Shown here in pieces: positions 40,701 to 50,180 of a stretch of DNA of 64,000 bases (its first letter is position 1; each line of letters begins with the position of its first letter). Where the stretch lies: the NCBI GenBank assembly GCA_963812595.1, contig CAWEVQ010000010.1, positions 101,050-165,049 of the forward strand. Direction: 5' to 3'. The DNA comes from an uncultured Solirubrobacterales bacterium. GTDB taxonomy: Bacteria > Actinomycetota > Thermoleophilia > Solirubrobacterales > Solirubrobacteraceae. The translations under genes and the position numbers were made by a program. Below the pieces are notes generated by a model that ran no database searches, was not told where the DNA came from, and saw only the letters and a list, made by a program, of their open reading frames with translations.

Positions 40701-42081
40701 CGGCCAGTCTGAAGTAGTAGAGGGTTCCAGGTTCGAGCCCGCCGACCGGCGCCGACACGCCAACCGGGCTCGTGCCCGCTCCGATCTGCGTCGCGGACTG
40801 CGCACAGGGCACGCTGTGGCGGAAGGTATAAACAGGCACTGCGAATTCATACCGATTACCTTCGCTGCCGCGGCCACCAAGCGGCGCCTTTTCGTATTCG
40901 AACGCGCACGAGACGATCGGCGCGCTCCGTGGGTCGACGCTGCCCTGCAGCGTGGCTTCACGCTCGGCCACGTCGGTGGCCGCAGCGGTGGCGACGTTGG
41001 GGACTTCGCTGCCGAACGCGTACACCTTGCCGTCGACAGGGTTGACCACGTAGATCTCGCCGGTATCGCCGTTCACCGCGATCCCACCCTCTTCCGAGGC
41101 CGCGGCGGACAGCACGCCCGTCCCGAATTTCGAGACTTCGGCGCCCGTGCCGATGTCTTCATTGGTCCCCCGGTTGGCAGGTGGCACATCATATCCGTCC
41201 ATTCCCCCGGTGTCCCACTCTGCCACCGAGGAGCCATCATCCGCGTACAGGTGCCCGCTCACCGGGTCGACGGCGATCGCCAGGTCTCCTGGGCCACTGT
41301 CGACCCGGCCCAGCCCCAACAGGGTCTGTCCGAACTTCTCCGCACAGCCGCAAGGAAAGACCGTATAGTAGTCGTCGTTTGGGCTGGCCGTGAAGATGTC
41401 CTCGGGCAGCTTTTCATTTCCGAAACTTTCACCGATAACTACATCGAATGCGTGCGCCTTCTGCTGCGATTCCTGCTGGTTGAGCAGTTCGTTGTTCGGC
41501 GAATCGTCGAAGGTGTCTACGAACTCGTGCAAGAGGTCCCACTGGTTGCTCGGGGTCGCATGGATCGCAACCTGCAGGTCGCCGTTGGCGGTGACGGCCA
41601 GTCCGAGCGGCCCTTCTGCGAACGGTCCCGCGATCTGGGAGAGATATTCGCCGCTGGCGTTGAACTTGTCGATCGCATCGTGGCCGGTGTCCATCACGTA
41701 GAAGTCGCCGCGGGAGGGGTCGGAGTTGCTGGTCGAGTTGTCGACAGCGATCGCAGCAGGGGTTCCCGTCACCGAGGGGAAGGAGAACGAGCCGGCCGGC
41801 GTCGCGGCTCCGGTCAGCGTGTTGGAGTGGAGCGCGCTGAATTCGGCCGGTTCGCCTTTGGCGTTGAACTTAGAGACCGTGCCGGTGTCGATGTCGGCGA
41901 CGTAGAGATCGCCGGTTGCTTCGTCGACCGCGATGCCGTTCGGGTTGCTGAACGAGCCGAAGCTGAACTGGAACGGGTGAGCTTCGCTCGCGGCAGACGC
42001 CGAGGACGCACCAACACCCACCGCCACGACCGCAGCAATCGTGAGCAGGAGCTCCGTCGGGATTATCCTAGAGCGCCTCAT
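37732..42081 (-). CDS. Module 2 gene B: 1449-aa secreted NHL/Fn3/multi-beta-sandwich protein with polybasic tail
   Basis: Intact ORF; signal peptide; GIAVD repeats; QAGSHP; LPKQLPSRLTTLQKAC; ATGA overlap with gene A. Confidence 0.85.
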   Translation of the reverse strand: MRRSRIIPTELLLTIAAVVAVGVGASSASAASEAHPFQFSFGSFSNPNGIAVDEATGDLYVADIDTGTVSKFNAKGEPAEFSALHSNTLTGAATPAGSFSFPSVTGTPAAIAVDNSTSNSDPSRGDFYVMDTGHDAIDKFNASGEYLSQIAGPFAEGPLGLAVTANGDLQVAIHATPSNQWDLLHEFVDTFDDSPNNELLNQQESQQKAHAFDVVIGESFGNEKLPEDIFTASPNDDYYTVFPCGCAEKFGQTLLGLGRVDSGPGDLAIAVDPVSGHLYADDGSSVAEWDTGGMDGYDVPPANRGTNEDIGTGAEVSKFGTGVLSAAASEEGGIAVNGDTGEIYVVNPVDGKVYAFGSEVPNVATAAATDVAEREATLQGSVDPRSAPIVSCAFEYEKAPLGGRGSEGNRYEFAVPVYTFRHSVPCAQSATQIGAGTSPVGVSAPVGGLEPGTLYYFRLAVSNGTGESSSQGMAATASAGFGVKPGRFSVSFQNQDGTPDIQAGSHPYEVVTTIDFNTQAEQRLTYADSPYELRPVDTPKDIDVTLPPGLVGDPDATAKKCTLAQLGEGTWDNSSVEFDNGCPHEAMVGELLLEAVGYGSGFYTLDNMVPPRGVAAQLGARTYYPESFVNVGPVAGGNYPLRAESLQIPDVTPLFGIKVRTFGVVGSGATSKPFLTLPTGCTGPLFSSIAVDSYQSPGHYVGVNHEPTRNAAGEPLRMTGCAKLTFAGEIKAAPDVSNASTSTGLTVDVHVPQSAAFNPSGLAESSLRDTTVTLPEGVAINPSGGDGLEACTSDAGVLPEGAFGSPGDQIGYKGQEELNAEDEPGVKWNTFTPELAGLLAPGTNFCANGSKVGTVKIKTPLLEHELEGAVYLAAQESNPFGSLVAMYMIAEDPYSGSLVKLAGEVTLNPATGQIVTTFKNTPDLPFENLELHFFGGERAPLATPSRCGTYTTTAVFTPWDGNGPVTSESSFNIEHGPNGGPCPGATLPVNPAVNAGATNIQAGAFSPLTVTMNRKDGEQNLKSIEAKLPPGLSGVLTGVEMCPEPQANEGLCGENSKVGEATIGVGVGNDPFTVTGGKFYLTGPYNGRGSCTVGEAGCAPFGITFEVPAKAGPFDLANTKNNHPACDCVVVRGKIELDPITSAITITTDPPGSPDSIPTSIEGIPLEIQHVNATTTRGNFQFNPTNCSKMSLTGTVQLSEGGTSTISTPFQVTNCASLGFAPKFAVSTSAKTSRADGASLSAKLTYPTAPFGSQANIKLVKVELPKQLPSRLTTLQKACTAAQFDANPAGCPAASIVGHAKAITPLVPVPLEGPAYFVSNGGEAFPNLIVVLQGYGVTIDLVGDTFISKAGVTSSTFKTVPDQPVTSFELTLPEGPYSALTTAGNLCTAKNLAIPTEFIAQNGAELKQTTKIAVAGCPKHKKAAKEKARKRTKHKHKTKHGKRAKRNKR

Positions 42082-45000
42082 CGCTTACCCCTCCTGTCGA
42101 CATGAACGGACTCGTTGGCCTTCTTCACCGGCTGCCTCACACACTTGCCTTTCTTCCCGCCTCTCCGGGTCTTCTCGCCCTTGCACTTCACGGGCTTCGC
42201 CTTGGGTTTTGCCTTGGGCTTCGTCTTCGGCGCAACTTCGTTGGGCGCAGCGAGGTTCCCCGCACCGGAGAACGTCTGGCTCGCCGGTTCCCCATAGACC
42301 GAGGGTTGCGGCGCGACCGCCGCGCGACAGGCGTCGGCGGTTGTGCAGGGAGGCGCCGAGACCGTTTCGGGGAATCCGCCTTCGATGCGCGCGTCATAGA
42401 TTTTGCGCGCTTCCTGGTCGTTGTCCTGGGGCACCAGGCTCTGGGGCGTGAGGAAGAAGACGTCGTCGCCGCTCACGCTTGCGTCGAGCAGCACCGATGG
42501 GCCGGCGCCGACACCGGGAGAGATCAGACGAACTCCGCCATCGTAGGTGAACTCGTACACGTTCCAGTTGCCGTTGGTGTCCCGCGGCAGGAGCTCTTCC
42601 TCAGAGTCGAAGAAGACCTGGCCGTTGTCAGAGACCTCGTGTGGAGCGACACCGAGCGTGGCACCCTCCGCCGTCGTCGGGGCTTCGCCGCTGGGGTTGC
42701 ACGAGGCGCACTTGAAGCGGCCCGCGGCGGCGCTGTAGAGGTAGATCTCGTGACGGGCAGTGTTTTCATACCCGGTCAGTTCGCTGGTCGCGTCGAACGC
42801 GAAGAACGTGCCGTTCTGAGAGATGGCGTGCTCATCGCCGACGTTAATGGGTGGAACCATCAGAGCGGCACTCATGACGAACGTGGTTGCACCGTCGTGG
42901 TCGACATACAGGTTGCCCTGTCCGCTGCGGGCGGTTTCGCCCAGCTGGTTTGCCTGCGTGCCGGACTGCACCCCTTCTGAGCTGAAGTAGAGGTAGGAGC
43001 CGTCCTGACTCATCTCAACGAACTTTGCGTTGGCGTCGCCGACGGGCGTGAGGTCGCTCAGTTCCCCGGTGCTTACGTCGTAGCGGTACAGGTTCTTGCC
43101 GCTGCCCGCAACCGTGTCGCCGGTCAAGCCCGCGGAGGCTTCGTCGGTGAAGAAGACCTGCGTGCCGTCGCCGCTGGCGGCGACCAGTTCGCCGCCGCCC
43201 CCCGCCCCGGCGCCTCCGCGCGCTTCGTCGAGCTGAACGGTGGGTTCCTTGCCAAGACGGGCGTAGAGGTTCCCGTTAGCGGTGAAGAACAGCTCGGAAC
43301 CGTCTTCGGAGATGCTCACGACCGACCCCGCGACAGGGACACCCGAGGGCAGCTGGAGCTTCAACAGGCGTACGGCGCCTTCGCGCCATTCGTAGAAGTT
43401 CTTCGCGTCGGTGACCGCTTCCGGGGTCAGCTTTGCGTAATCGGTGAACACCACGACGTTGAGGCTGCCCGAGGCGGCCACGAATTCCGCAGGCGCCGGT
43501 GCCGTACCAGACGGCGTGAGGTCCACAAGCCGGTAGCTTCCGTTTTCGTTGTCTCGCGCCAGCAGGTTCTGTTCGTGCGGTTCGCCGCTCACGGCTTCGA
43601 CCGTTTCACCGCGGCACGCTTCGGCAAACAGTCCCAAGGCATCCGATGGGGCCGTGTTAACTCCGTTGTCGGAAAGAACCTCCTCCGTCAGGTTCGGCGA
43701 GTAGCGCCTCACTTCTGTCTGTCCGGAGACGGGAAACGTACAGCGGTTGCCGCTGTACGGACGCAACGGCAGCGCATCTTCGGTGCTCCAGCCGTCCGGT
43801 CCCCGTGTGGCGATGAATTCCAACTCCGGCGTCAGCGCTCCAGGCATCACCTCGGCCGATTCGTAGGCGAAGCGTTCGCCATTGTCGGCTGCGATGTTCT
43901 TTGCAAGGCCACCAGGGTAATAGTCGGTGTTTTCTTCGTCGTGACTGCGTTCGGTGAAGGTGTCCGGCTGGGCCGAGGACTTGCCGGGCGGCGTGACGAG
44001 CTCGTATGCGCGACAGTCCGGCAGCGCGGCCGAGAAGCCGTTGCGCTCCGCTTCGTTCGGACACGCGACTTCCGCTGTCAACGGGGTGGTGAACGTCTGG
44101 TCCGGGCCCGCGACCGATTCGAGCGCGTTGATGACGACCACCCGGTAGTGGTAGGTCGTTCCCGGAGCAAGGCCCTTCGCCGCCGCCCACACGGTCCGGG
44201 CGGAGAAGTCTTCGCCGGCGCTGCCTTCCGGGAACGGGACGCTCACGCCGTGCGGCCCTTCGCCCGGCTTGTATTCGCGCGTGTCGTATTCGAAGCGGTA
44301 GGTCGCCTGCACCCCGCCGGGGCGCACCACGGCGCCGAGCTTGGCTTCGAATGGCTTCACTTCCAGGGCCGACTCCTGGCCGATGGAGGGCACAGCCGGC
44401 GACTGGTAGACCCAGACGACATTTTTGAGCCCGTCGCTCACGTACACCCGGCCGCTCGCATCGTCGACCGCCACCATGCTCGCGTAATCTTCGTCAAAAG
44501 ACGGTGCGCCAACACCGAAGTAGCCAGCGCCGACGTCGGCAAGCTGGACGCCGCTCTGGCTGTACTCGACCAGGTGCTGGCAGGGCGAGCCGATCTGGCC
44601 GCAATTGTCGGCGCTGTTGACTACGACCGCCAGCAGGTCGCCATGTCTGTCCAGTGCAAGCGCATGCACCCCTTCGCTTTCGAATTCGCTGATGAACGCA
44701 CCGGATGGCGAGAACTCCTCGACCCGGTGCCCATGGTCGGCCACCCAAACATCGCCGGAGGCGTCGACCGCGACGCCCGTAGGAGCTTTCAGTGCATGTG
44801 CCCCGGACCCGGTGAAGGTCTGCAGGAGAGTCCCCGATTCGCTGTACTTCACAACCTCGTTTTCCGGAACGCTCGGCACATACACGTTGCCGGCCGAGTC
44901 CGTCGCGATCTGGACCTCATTGATAAACAGTTCGGAGAGTCCCGAAATGAGCTGCGGCCCCCCAAACGACGATAGTTCTTCGCCGGTGTTGGGGTCGTCG

Positions 45001-45506
45001 ACTTCGATGACGTGGGCGAAGACGTTGACGGTATAAAGACGGCCGTTCGTCGGGTTGATGGCCGCCCCGTAGTGCAGGCCTTCCCCAAACGGGGACGGGG
45101 GCGAGAGGACCTTGCCCGATGCATAGAACTTTTCACTGCTCCCGACTGCAAGGCTTCCTTCACGGTCAGTTACGAAGCCCGAGGTGAAGACATCTCCGGT
45201 CGACTGGTCGACGGCGATGCCCGAACCGCCTTCGTCGTGAAAGTTGCCGTCTGCGACGAGCTGGGGGCCTTCCGCCTGCGCAACGCCCACACAGAGAGCG
45301 AGCAGCGCACAGAGGGCGACGAGAGGCACAGCAACCAGACCACGAGTAGGCGCACCACTCCCTTGGACGTGGAGGAAACCACGGAGCGTCGCGAAGCGTC
45401 CGGTCTTCGGCGTGACGGCGGCCTTCGCGAACTGCTCCCTATATTTCACCTTGTTCTCCTTCTTCGAGGTAATGAATCGATCAATCAATCGGAGAAGACA
45501 CGTCAT
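42078..45506 (-). CDS. Module 2 gene A: secreted NHL + Fn3 + TolB-like propeller protein (start 45506 or GTG 45449)
   Basis: Intact ORF; KTGRFATLRGFL leader; LPDCRAYELV; polybasic Cys-containing tail. Confidence 0.85.
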   Translation of the reverse strand: MTCLLRLIDRFITSKKENKVKYREQFAKAAVTPKTGRFATLRGFLHVQGSGAPTRGLVAVPLVALCALLALCVGVAQAEGPQLVADGNFHDEGGSGIAVDQSTGDVFTSGFVTDREGSLAVGSSEKFYASGKVLSPPSPFGEGLHYGAAINPTNGRLYTVNVFAHVIEVDDPNTGEELSSFGGPQLISGLSELFINEVQIATDSAGNVYVPSVPENEVVKYSESGTLLQTFTGSGAHALKAPTGVAVDASGDVWVADHGHRVEEFSPSGAFISEFESEGVHALALDRHGDLLAVVVNSADNCGQIGSPCQHLVEYSQSGVQLADVGAGYFGVGAPSFDEDYASMVAVDDASGRVYVSDGLKNVVWVYQSPAVPSIGQESALEVKPFEAKLGAVVRPGGVQATYRFEYDTREYKPGEGPHGVSVPFPEGSAGEDFSARTVWAAAKGLAPGTTYHYRVVVINALESVAGPDQTFTTPLTAEVACPNEAERNGFSAALPDCRAYELVTPPGKSSAQPDTFTERSHDEENTDYYPGGLAKNIAADNGERFAYESAEVMPGALTPELEFIATRGPDGWSTEDALPLRPYSGNRCTFPVSGQTEVRRYSPNLTEEVLSDNGVNTAPSDALGLFAEACRGETVEAVSGEPHEQNLLARDNENGSYRLVDLTPSGTAPAPAEFVAASGSLNVVVFTDYAKLTPEAVTDAKNFYEWREGAVRLLKLQLPSGVPVAGSVVSISEDGSELFFTANGNLYARLGKEPTVQLDEARGGAGAGGGGELVAASGDGTQVFFTDEASAGLTGDTVAGSGKNLYRYDVSTGELSDLTPVGDANAKFVEMSQDGSYLYFSSEGVQSGTQANQLGETARSGQGNLYVDHDGATTFVMSAALMVPPINVGDEHAISQNGTFFAFDATSELTGYENTARHEIYLYSAAAGRFKCASCNPSGEAPTTAEGATLGVAPHEVSDNGQVFFDSEEELLPRDTNGNWNVYEFTYDGGVRLISPGVGAGPSVLLDASVSGDDVFFLTPQSLVPQDNDQEARKIYDARIEGGFPETVSAPPCTTADACRAAVAPQPSVYGEPASQTFSGAGNLAAPNEVAPKTKPKAKPKAKPVKCKGEKTRRGGKKGKCVRQPVKKANESVHVDRRGKR

Positions 45507-46555
45507 GCCGCCTGCTCCCTGTCGCGCGTGAGACCACTGAGACGCCGCGCGACCTTCACGCCCAACGGCGTGAGCTGCCACGCGTTCGGCTCACCGCTCA
45601 TGCGACCCCCACCGGTGTTCACCGCGAGCCCGAGGCGCTCCAAGCGCCGCAGCAACTTGGAGATCTGCCCCGGGTCGGTGACCCCCGCGCTGTCTGCAAC
45701 CACACGATTACTGGGACCGGAACCCCCTCCACCCAGCTCCGCGATGCATTCCAATACCCGCGCCGTGCGATAGGTAAGACGCATATCCACCTCGTCCAAC
45801 GGATCTCTCTCCGCATGCGTGGAAACCGGCCCGCTGCGTGGCAGTGCCGGGTGCGATGCAGGAGCAGGACGCCGCTGTTCGACACGCGCCGCGCGCGACC
45901 CCAAATACTGCAGCGCGATCATCCCCATCAACTCATCCAACAGCTCCGTCAACGGACGACGATCATCGCTGCGCAAACGCCCATACACCACGCCGAACGC
46001 GCCACCTACCAGACCTTCGGCCGTCACCAGAGTGCACTCTTCACCGCGTGGACCCTCCCGGCGCCCCGCATCAAGGATCGCCGCCAGGCGCGCCAGAATC
46101 TCCTCACGGCGCTCCAGCACTCCGGGCCCACCATGCAGCGCCTGCACCACACAAATCCGCGCCAACACCGGTTCACTATCGAGAAACGAGAGAATCGCCC
46201 ACAGGCCGCCCCGCACCCGCTCACGCCAGGCAAGACCCTCCAGGCCGACCGCAAGCTCCCTCTCGACCCGCCCCACCACATCATCCAACAGCGCCACCAA
46301 ACACGCCTCACGGTTACCGAACAGCTCATAGAACGTCCGCCGCGACACTCGCGCCCGCGCAGTGATCCGCGCCACCGAGGTCTGCTCATAACCCAACTCG
46401 TCGATCACCGCCGCCGCCGCGACCAGCAACCGCGAACGCTGAATCTCATCTACCTGCACACGCGGCGACTGCAACGGCAGCCCCGACCCACGCGCCGAGC
46501 GCCGCTCGAGCGGCCGAGAACGCTCCCCCATACGCACACGCGCGGAAGCAGGCAT
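45503..46555 (-). CDS. Module 2 TetR-like dual-HTH regulator
   Basis: Close paralog of 34313..35422. Confidence 0.8.
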   Translation of the reverse strand: MPASARVRMGERSRPLERRSARGSGLPLQSPRVQVDEIQRSRLLVAAAAVIDELGYEQTSVARITARARVSRRTFYELFGNREACLVALLDDVVGRVERELAVGLEGLAWRERVRGGLWAILSFLDSEPVLARICVVQALHGGPGVLERREEILARLAAILDAGRREGPRGEECTLVTAEGLVGGAFGVVYGRLRSDDRRPLTELLDELMGMIALQYLGSRAARVEQRRPAPASHPALPRSGPVSTHAERDPLDEVDMRLTYRTARVLECIAELGGGGSGPSNRVVADSAGVTDPGQISKLLRRLERLGLAVNTGGGRMSGEPNAWQLTPLGVKVARRLSGLTRDREQAA

Positions 46556-46580
46556 TCAGCACCCACCCCCCGAGGGGACG

Positions 46581-46693
46581 AAGCAAAGGCGGCGCGAACG
46601 CGCCCGACGAGGAGACCCGTCGGCTAGGGAGCTAGCCGAAGAGAGAGAGAGAGAGAGAGATGCGACAGCGCCAAGCTGGCGCATCTAGCATCA
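46581..46693 (-). promoter_or_regulatory. Conserved leader element with (GA)10 tract, copy 2
   Basis: Paralog of 35501-35615. Confidence 0.6.
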
Positions 46694-46900
46694 GCCTTTC
46701 GGGCCAACGCGCACATCCCCATCATGAATCTCCCTCTAGAAACCACGCTCAAACAACTCCCTCATCGATCCGATCCAGACCCTCTCCCACAACCACAAAA
46801 ACCCTGTGAGCGCTTGACGTCAACCACAAGACGGCATGACCCCAACCAGACCCTATGTAAACACCAGACCCCAACAGCCGAGGAACTGGCCCGTGAACGA

Positions 46901-46929
46901 AACGTAACACTTTGCTTCGCAGATGTCAA
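46901..46929 (-). promoter_or_regulatory. Promoter TTGACA-N17-TACGTT, copy 2
   Basis: Identical to 35818-35846. Confidence 0.75.
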
Positions 46930-47017
46930 GCCTAGAGGAGGAGGGCTAGGTGCGGATTCGTTTTTGCGTACGGCCTACGCTTCTGATGAATAGCCGCCCA
47001 CACGCTAAAATAACGAT

Positions 47018-47749
47018 ATGGACAGCACCATTTCGGCTGCGGCACTCGCGCGGGAGCTCGGGACCAGCGTGCCGCGCGTGGTACGCGCAATCGAGCGGCT
47101 GGGTCTCGACACGCGCCAGAGCAATGGGCGCATGGCTCTTCGTGCCCGAGACGTCGCGCGTCTGCGCGAGGAGCTGGGGACCCCTCCCCCCCAGGTCCCC
47201 GGGCTGACGCCTACAGAGGTCGAGGTCCTGGCGGCGCTAGCCCGGGCGCCGCTCGGCCTGAGCTCAGCGCGAGCGGTCGCCGAGCGCTCGGGCGTCTCCC
47301 CCACCACAGCGAGCCGCGCGATCAAGTCACTGTGCTCTCACGGGTTCGTTACGATCGAGCGACGCATGCTGCCGGCCGGACGCGCCCGCACGATCGACCT
47401 GATCCGCATCGCCTACGGCTCACCGCACTGGCAGCGACTCGCGCCGCGGTCGCGGGCACGCGGCCTCGCCCGCGACGCCGCCGGATCTCCGCCCGAGAGC
47501 GTTCCGCCAAGGCTCAGTCACCTATTCTGGAACACCGCCCTCTCGCAGCTCGACACCACCCGCGCCGGCGGCTACATCGCCCGGCGACTGTTGACCGTGG
47601 GCGACCCCGAGGGCCTCGCGTGGGGCGCCGCGAACATCTCCGCCAAGGACTGGCGGCACGCCGCCCGCACACGCGGCATATCACCCCAACGCCGCGCGCT
47701 CGCGCTGAACTACGCCGCCGCCCACAGCCGCGATGACGCCCCCCGCTGA
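47018..47749 (+). CDS. HTH protein with DUF6922-like C-terminus; putative antitoxin partner of the AbiEii-like gene
   Basis: Two HTH-like segments; LFWN...YIARRLL; overlaps the downstream nucleotidyltransferase. Confidence 0.6.
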   Translation: MDSTISAAALARELGTSVPRVVRAIERLGLDTRQSNGRMALRARDVARLREELGTPPPQVPGLTPTEVEVLAALARAPLGLSSARAVAERSGVSPTTASRAIKSLCSHGFVTIERRMLPAGRARTIDLIRIAYGSPHWQRLAPRSRARGLARDAAGSPPESVPPRLSHLFWNTALSQLDTTRAGGYIARRLLTVGDPEGLAWGAANISAKDWRHAARTRGISPQRRALALNYAAAHSRDDAPR

Positions 47750-48144
47750 GCTCACCGACATCATGCCGGGCGAGACCGCCCGGGCATGGGAACACATCGC
47801 CCCGATGCTACCCCCCAGCTGCCGGCTCGCCGGCGGAACTGCGCTGGCAGTGCACCTGCGCCACCGCCAGAGCCGCGACCTCGACTTCTTCTACAACGAC
47901 CCCGACCTGGACCTCGCCGAGCTCGAGCAGCGTCTGTCCGGGCTCGGCTCGTTCGCCGTGAGCAGTCGCGCACCCGGAACCCTCAACGGGATCCTGGGTG
48001 CCGCCAAGCTGCAGTTCCTGGACGCCCACGACCAGGTCGACCTCGACGAGCCCAACCCGCACGCCGGAATCCTCGTATCCAGCCTCGCCGACGTATTCGC
48101 GATGAAGGTCAAGGTCATCGGCGACCGGGGCGAGCTACGCGACT

Positions 48145-49141
48145 GATGCGTATCCGGTTAGCTCCATCCGGGTGGTTTCGTAGTTTTGTTGGGTGTCGCG
48201 GCCTACGTATCCTCTGAGCATCTTGGAGTTTCAGGAGCGCTTTGCGACCGAGGAGGCCTGCCGCGAGTATCTGTTCGCTTCGCGCTGGCCGGAGGGGTTT
48301 GCTTGTCCAGGGTGTGGCGGCGGGCGGGCCGGTGGCCAGACGCGCCGCCACCTGTGGGTATGTACCGCGTGTGGGCACCAGACGTCGGTGACTGCGGGGA
48401 CCGTGATGCACAAGACGCACACGCCGCTGCGCACGTGGTTCTGGGCGGCCTATCTGGTCGCCACTCACCACCCGGGCATATCGGCCAAGCAGCTGCAACG
48501 CCAGCTCGGGCTCTCGCGCTATGAGACTGCCTGGCTGATCCTGCAGAAGCTGCGCAGGGCGATGGTCGCCCCTGAGCGCGAGCTGCTGAAGGGTGAGGTC
48601 GAGATCGACGAGTTCTTCCTCGGTGGGCGCGAGGAGGGCCTCAAAGGCGGCCGCCAGCGCGGAAAGAAGGCGCTGATCGGCATCGCGATCGAGGTCCGCG
48701 GACACGGCTCCGGGCGGCTGCGCCTTCGGGTGTTGCCCGACGCTTCAGGGCCGATACTGCTCAGCTTCACCCAGGCGACCACCACCACCGGCGCAATCGT
48801 GCATACCGACGGGCTTCAGTCCTACCGCGTCCTGAGCAAGCACGGCTACGAGCACCGCCGACACCCGAAACAAACCGCTGCGCCCGATCAGCTACTCCCT
48901 CGAGGACACCGCGCAACCTCCAACCTCAAGGCCTGGATGCACGGCACACACCGTGGCGTCTCTGACGAGCACCTACAGGTCTATCTCGACGAGTACGTCT
49001 TCCGTCACAACCGCCGCAGCACACCAATGGCGGCGTTCCAGACCCTCCTCGGACTCGGCGCCCTGCACAACCCCACCACCTATCAGCAAATCACCCGCCG
49101 AGCCGCCTAAAACCCCATCTGGAGCTAACCGGATACGCATC
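48145..49141 (+). mobile_element. IS1595-family insertion sequence (997 bp)
   Basis: TIR GATGCGTATCCGGTTAGCTCCA; 8-bp TSD ACGCGACT at 48137-48144 and 49142-49149. Confidence 0.93.
48193..49110 (+). CDS. IS1595-family transposase
   Basis: RWPEGFACPGC zinc ribbon, VEIDE, HTDG, YLDEYVFRHNRR. Confidence 0.93.
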   Translation: MSRPTYPLSILEFQERFATEEACREYLFASRWPEGFACPGCGGGRAGGQTRRHLWVCTACGHQTSVTAGTVMHKTHTPLRTWFWAAYLVATHHPGISAKQLQRQLGLSRYETAWLILQKLRRAMVAPERELLKGEVEIDEFFLGGREEGLKGGRQRGKKALIGIAIEVRGHGSGRLRLRVLPDASGPILLSFTQATTTTGAIVHTDGLQSYRVLSKHGYEHRRHPKQTAAPDQLLPRGHRATSNLKAWMHGTHRGVSDEHLQVYLDEYVFRHNRRSTPMAAFQTLLGLGALHNPTTYQQITRRAA

Positions 49142-49435
49142 ACGCGACTACTTCGACCTCAAGCGCATCGAGGAGATCACCGGCCGTCGCGTCGAGGAAG
49201 GCATCGGCCTCTACATGACCCGCTACCACGTGCCGCCCGAGCACCCCAGCATCGAGCACATCGTCGAGTCACTCGGCTATCTCGACGACATCGACGACGA
49301 CGACATGCTCCCCGAGAGACACGCCGCGATCGCCGCCTACTGGAAACGCCGCCAACCCGAGATCAGCCGCAGCCTCGCTCGCTTCCCCGGGGCGTAAGGA
49401 GCGTGCACCCCCGCGGACCAGAATTCGGTGGGCAT

Positions 49436-49531
49436 CCCATAGGTGAGCTTGCGTGCGGCAACTGCGGCTTACTGTCAACGACAGCCCCGCGCTGAGTCAC
49501 CGGGAGTGCCTGCAACCCGGCTGCTGGAGCG
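49436..49531. repeat. 96-bp conserved non-coding block, copy 2
   Basis: Near-identical to 35848-35943. Confidence 0.85.
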
Positions 49532-50180
49532 TCCCGCGACTCTGGCAGCAGATCGCCGCGCTCTACGGCGCGCTCGCCCAGTTAACTGCTCAGCGTGTCA
49601 ACGCCAGGCCAAGGAGCACGGCGATCGCCCGGTTGTCCCGACCATGTCGGTGCCGGCGAGCCATGGTGTCGAGCCTCGCCGAGCACATCGGGATATTGAA
49701 CTGCCGTTTTTCGTGATTTTTGATAGTTCATTTGTTATGCTTCACGCTATGGGTGTAGTCAATCGCAAGCAGGAGCTGCTCGAGAACATCGCGCGGCTGC
49801 GTCGCGCCGGTCTCGCGCTGCCGGGCAATCCCGACATCGCGGCGGTTCGCGCGGCGCTGGAGCGTGAACTGGGAGAGACCGTGTCGCGCCGGTTTGCCGC
49901 GCGCGTGCTGGGCGTCAGCCACACGGCGCTGGATCGTTGGATCAAAGCGGGCGATCTGCCCGTCGTCTACTCGCCCGCCGGCCGCTTCGAGGTCCCGGTG
50001 CCGGCACTGCTGGACCTGTACGAGACTGTGCAGGCCGAACGCACCGAACATCCTCGCCGGTACGTGCTGGCCCCAACGATGGCGCGACGGCGAGACGCCG
50101 CGCGCCGCCTTCGCGTCGATGCCGCATACAGCAATGGCGCAAGAGACCCTCACGACCGTGCGCAAGCACGTAGCCTCGCC

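Larger units (their letters stand above)
47733..49397 (+). pseudogene. AbiEii/AbiGii nucleotidyltransferase toxin interrupted by IS1595
   Basis: LAGGTALAVHLRHRQSRDLDFF; removing the IS restores GELRDYFDLKR in frame. Confidence 0.85.
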
